The translations under genes were made by a program, and so were the position numbers. The notes beneath the pieces were generated by a model that was not told the DNA's origin, did not search any database, and saw only the letters and a program-made list of their open reading frames with translations. 57,676 nucleotides of DNA from Planctomycetota bacterium (lineage in GTDB: Bacteria; Planctomycetota; JAFGQW01): NCBI GenBank assembly GCA_016935485.1, contig JAFGQW010000141.1:1-57676 (forward strand), in the 5' to 3' direction. This document shows, piece by piece, positions 57,517-57,676 of the stretch. Within the stretch, counting starts at the first letter, position 1; each line of letters begins with the position of its first letter.

Positions 57517-57676
57517 GTCCGTGGGTAAGGCAACGCCGGATCCCGCCAGACCCGGATGAGACGGCTCCCGGACGCTCGCGACCTGTCGCGGCCCCGGCCG
57601 GCGCTCGACCTTGCCGGAACCTGGAAAAAATTGGCTATCCTCGGGGTACTTTCCGCACCTGCATAACCGACGATAA

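Noticed and set aside
57625-57645. Sigma-54 (-24/-12) promoter ctGGaaaaaattGGCt
   Set aside because: The GG-to-GC spacing is one nucleotide short of the TGGCAC-N5-TTGC consensus, and the -12 element lacks TTGC. Likewise, tggcagccctccgcgg near 54798 has the wrong spacing.

Overview
A 57.7-kb, very GC-rich (about 70% by eye, not computed) chromosomal segment from a diderm bacterium. The domain repertoire (DUF1573, DUF1570/MA-peptidase, SBBP beta-propeller, PBS-type HEAT repeats, FGE-sulfatase, TAT-exported Gfo/Idh/MocA, many GT-C membrane glycosyltransferases) resembles high-GC Planctomycetota/PVC-like environmental lineages, but phylogeny cannot be established from this window. Gene content falls into four groups. 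(i) Housekeeping genes: rpsA, tyrS, ftsH, polA, folD, lpxH, an IHF/HU gene and tRNA-Val(CAC). (ii) Envelope genes: two SAM methyltransferases plus an epimerase, divergent from a flippase-like gene; five consecutive GT-C/ArnT-PMT-like polytopic membrane proteins; and a secreted SBBP beta-propeller protein. (iii) A + strand run of a Cys-less thioredoxin-fold protein, a C39-like/DUF1573 lipoprotein and a small FtsH-ectodomain-like protein directly upstream of ftsH. (iv) A rhomboid, MA-peptidase and 668-aa orphan secreted protein cluster, convergent with a compact type II secretion operon gspD-E-F-G-H-I-J. I recognised no transposase, integrase, reverse transcriptase, Cas, restriction-modification or toxin-antitoxin gene, and no CRISPR array. 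The many very long ORFs antisense or out of frame to these genes are stop-codon-poor, high-GC artefacts. No clear-cut novel system is demonstrable from sequence alone. The best candidates for follow-up are the GT-C paralogue array with its SBBP neighbour, the pseudo-enzyme module upstream of ftsH, the rhomboid/MA-peptidase/orphan cluster beside the minimal T2SS, a composite repeat island at 8.83-9.08 kb with a truncated relative at 26.8 kb, and two unusually long, structured, locally GC-poor intergenic regions (31.75-32.23 kb and 54.35-55.12 kb).
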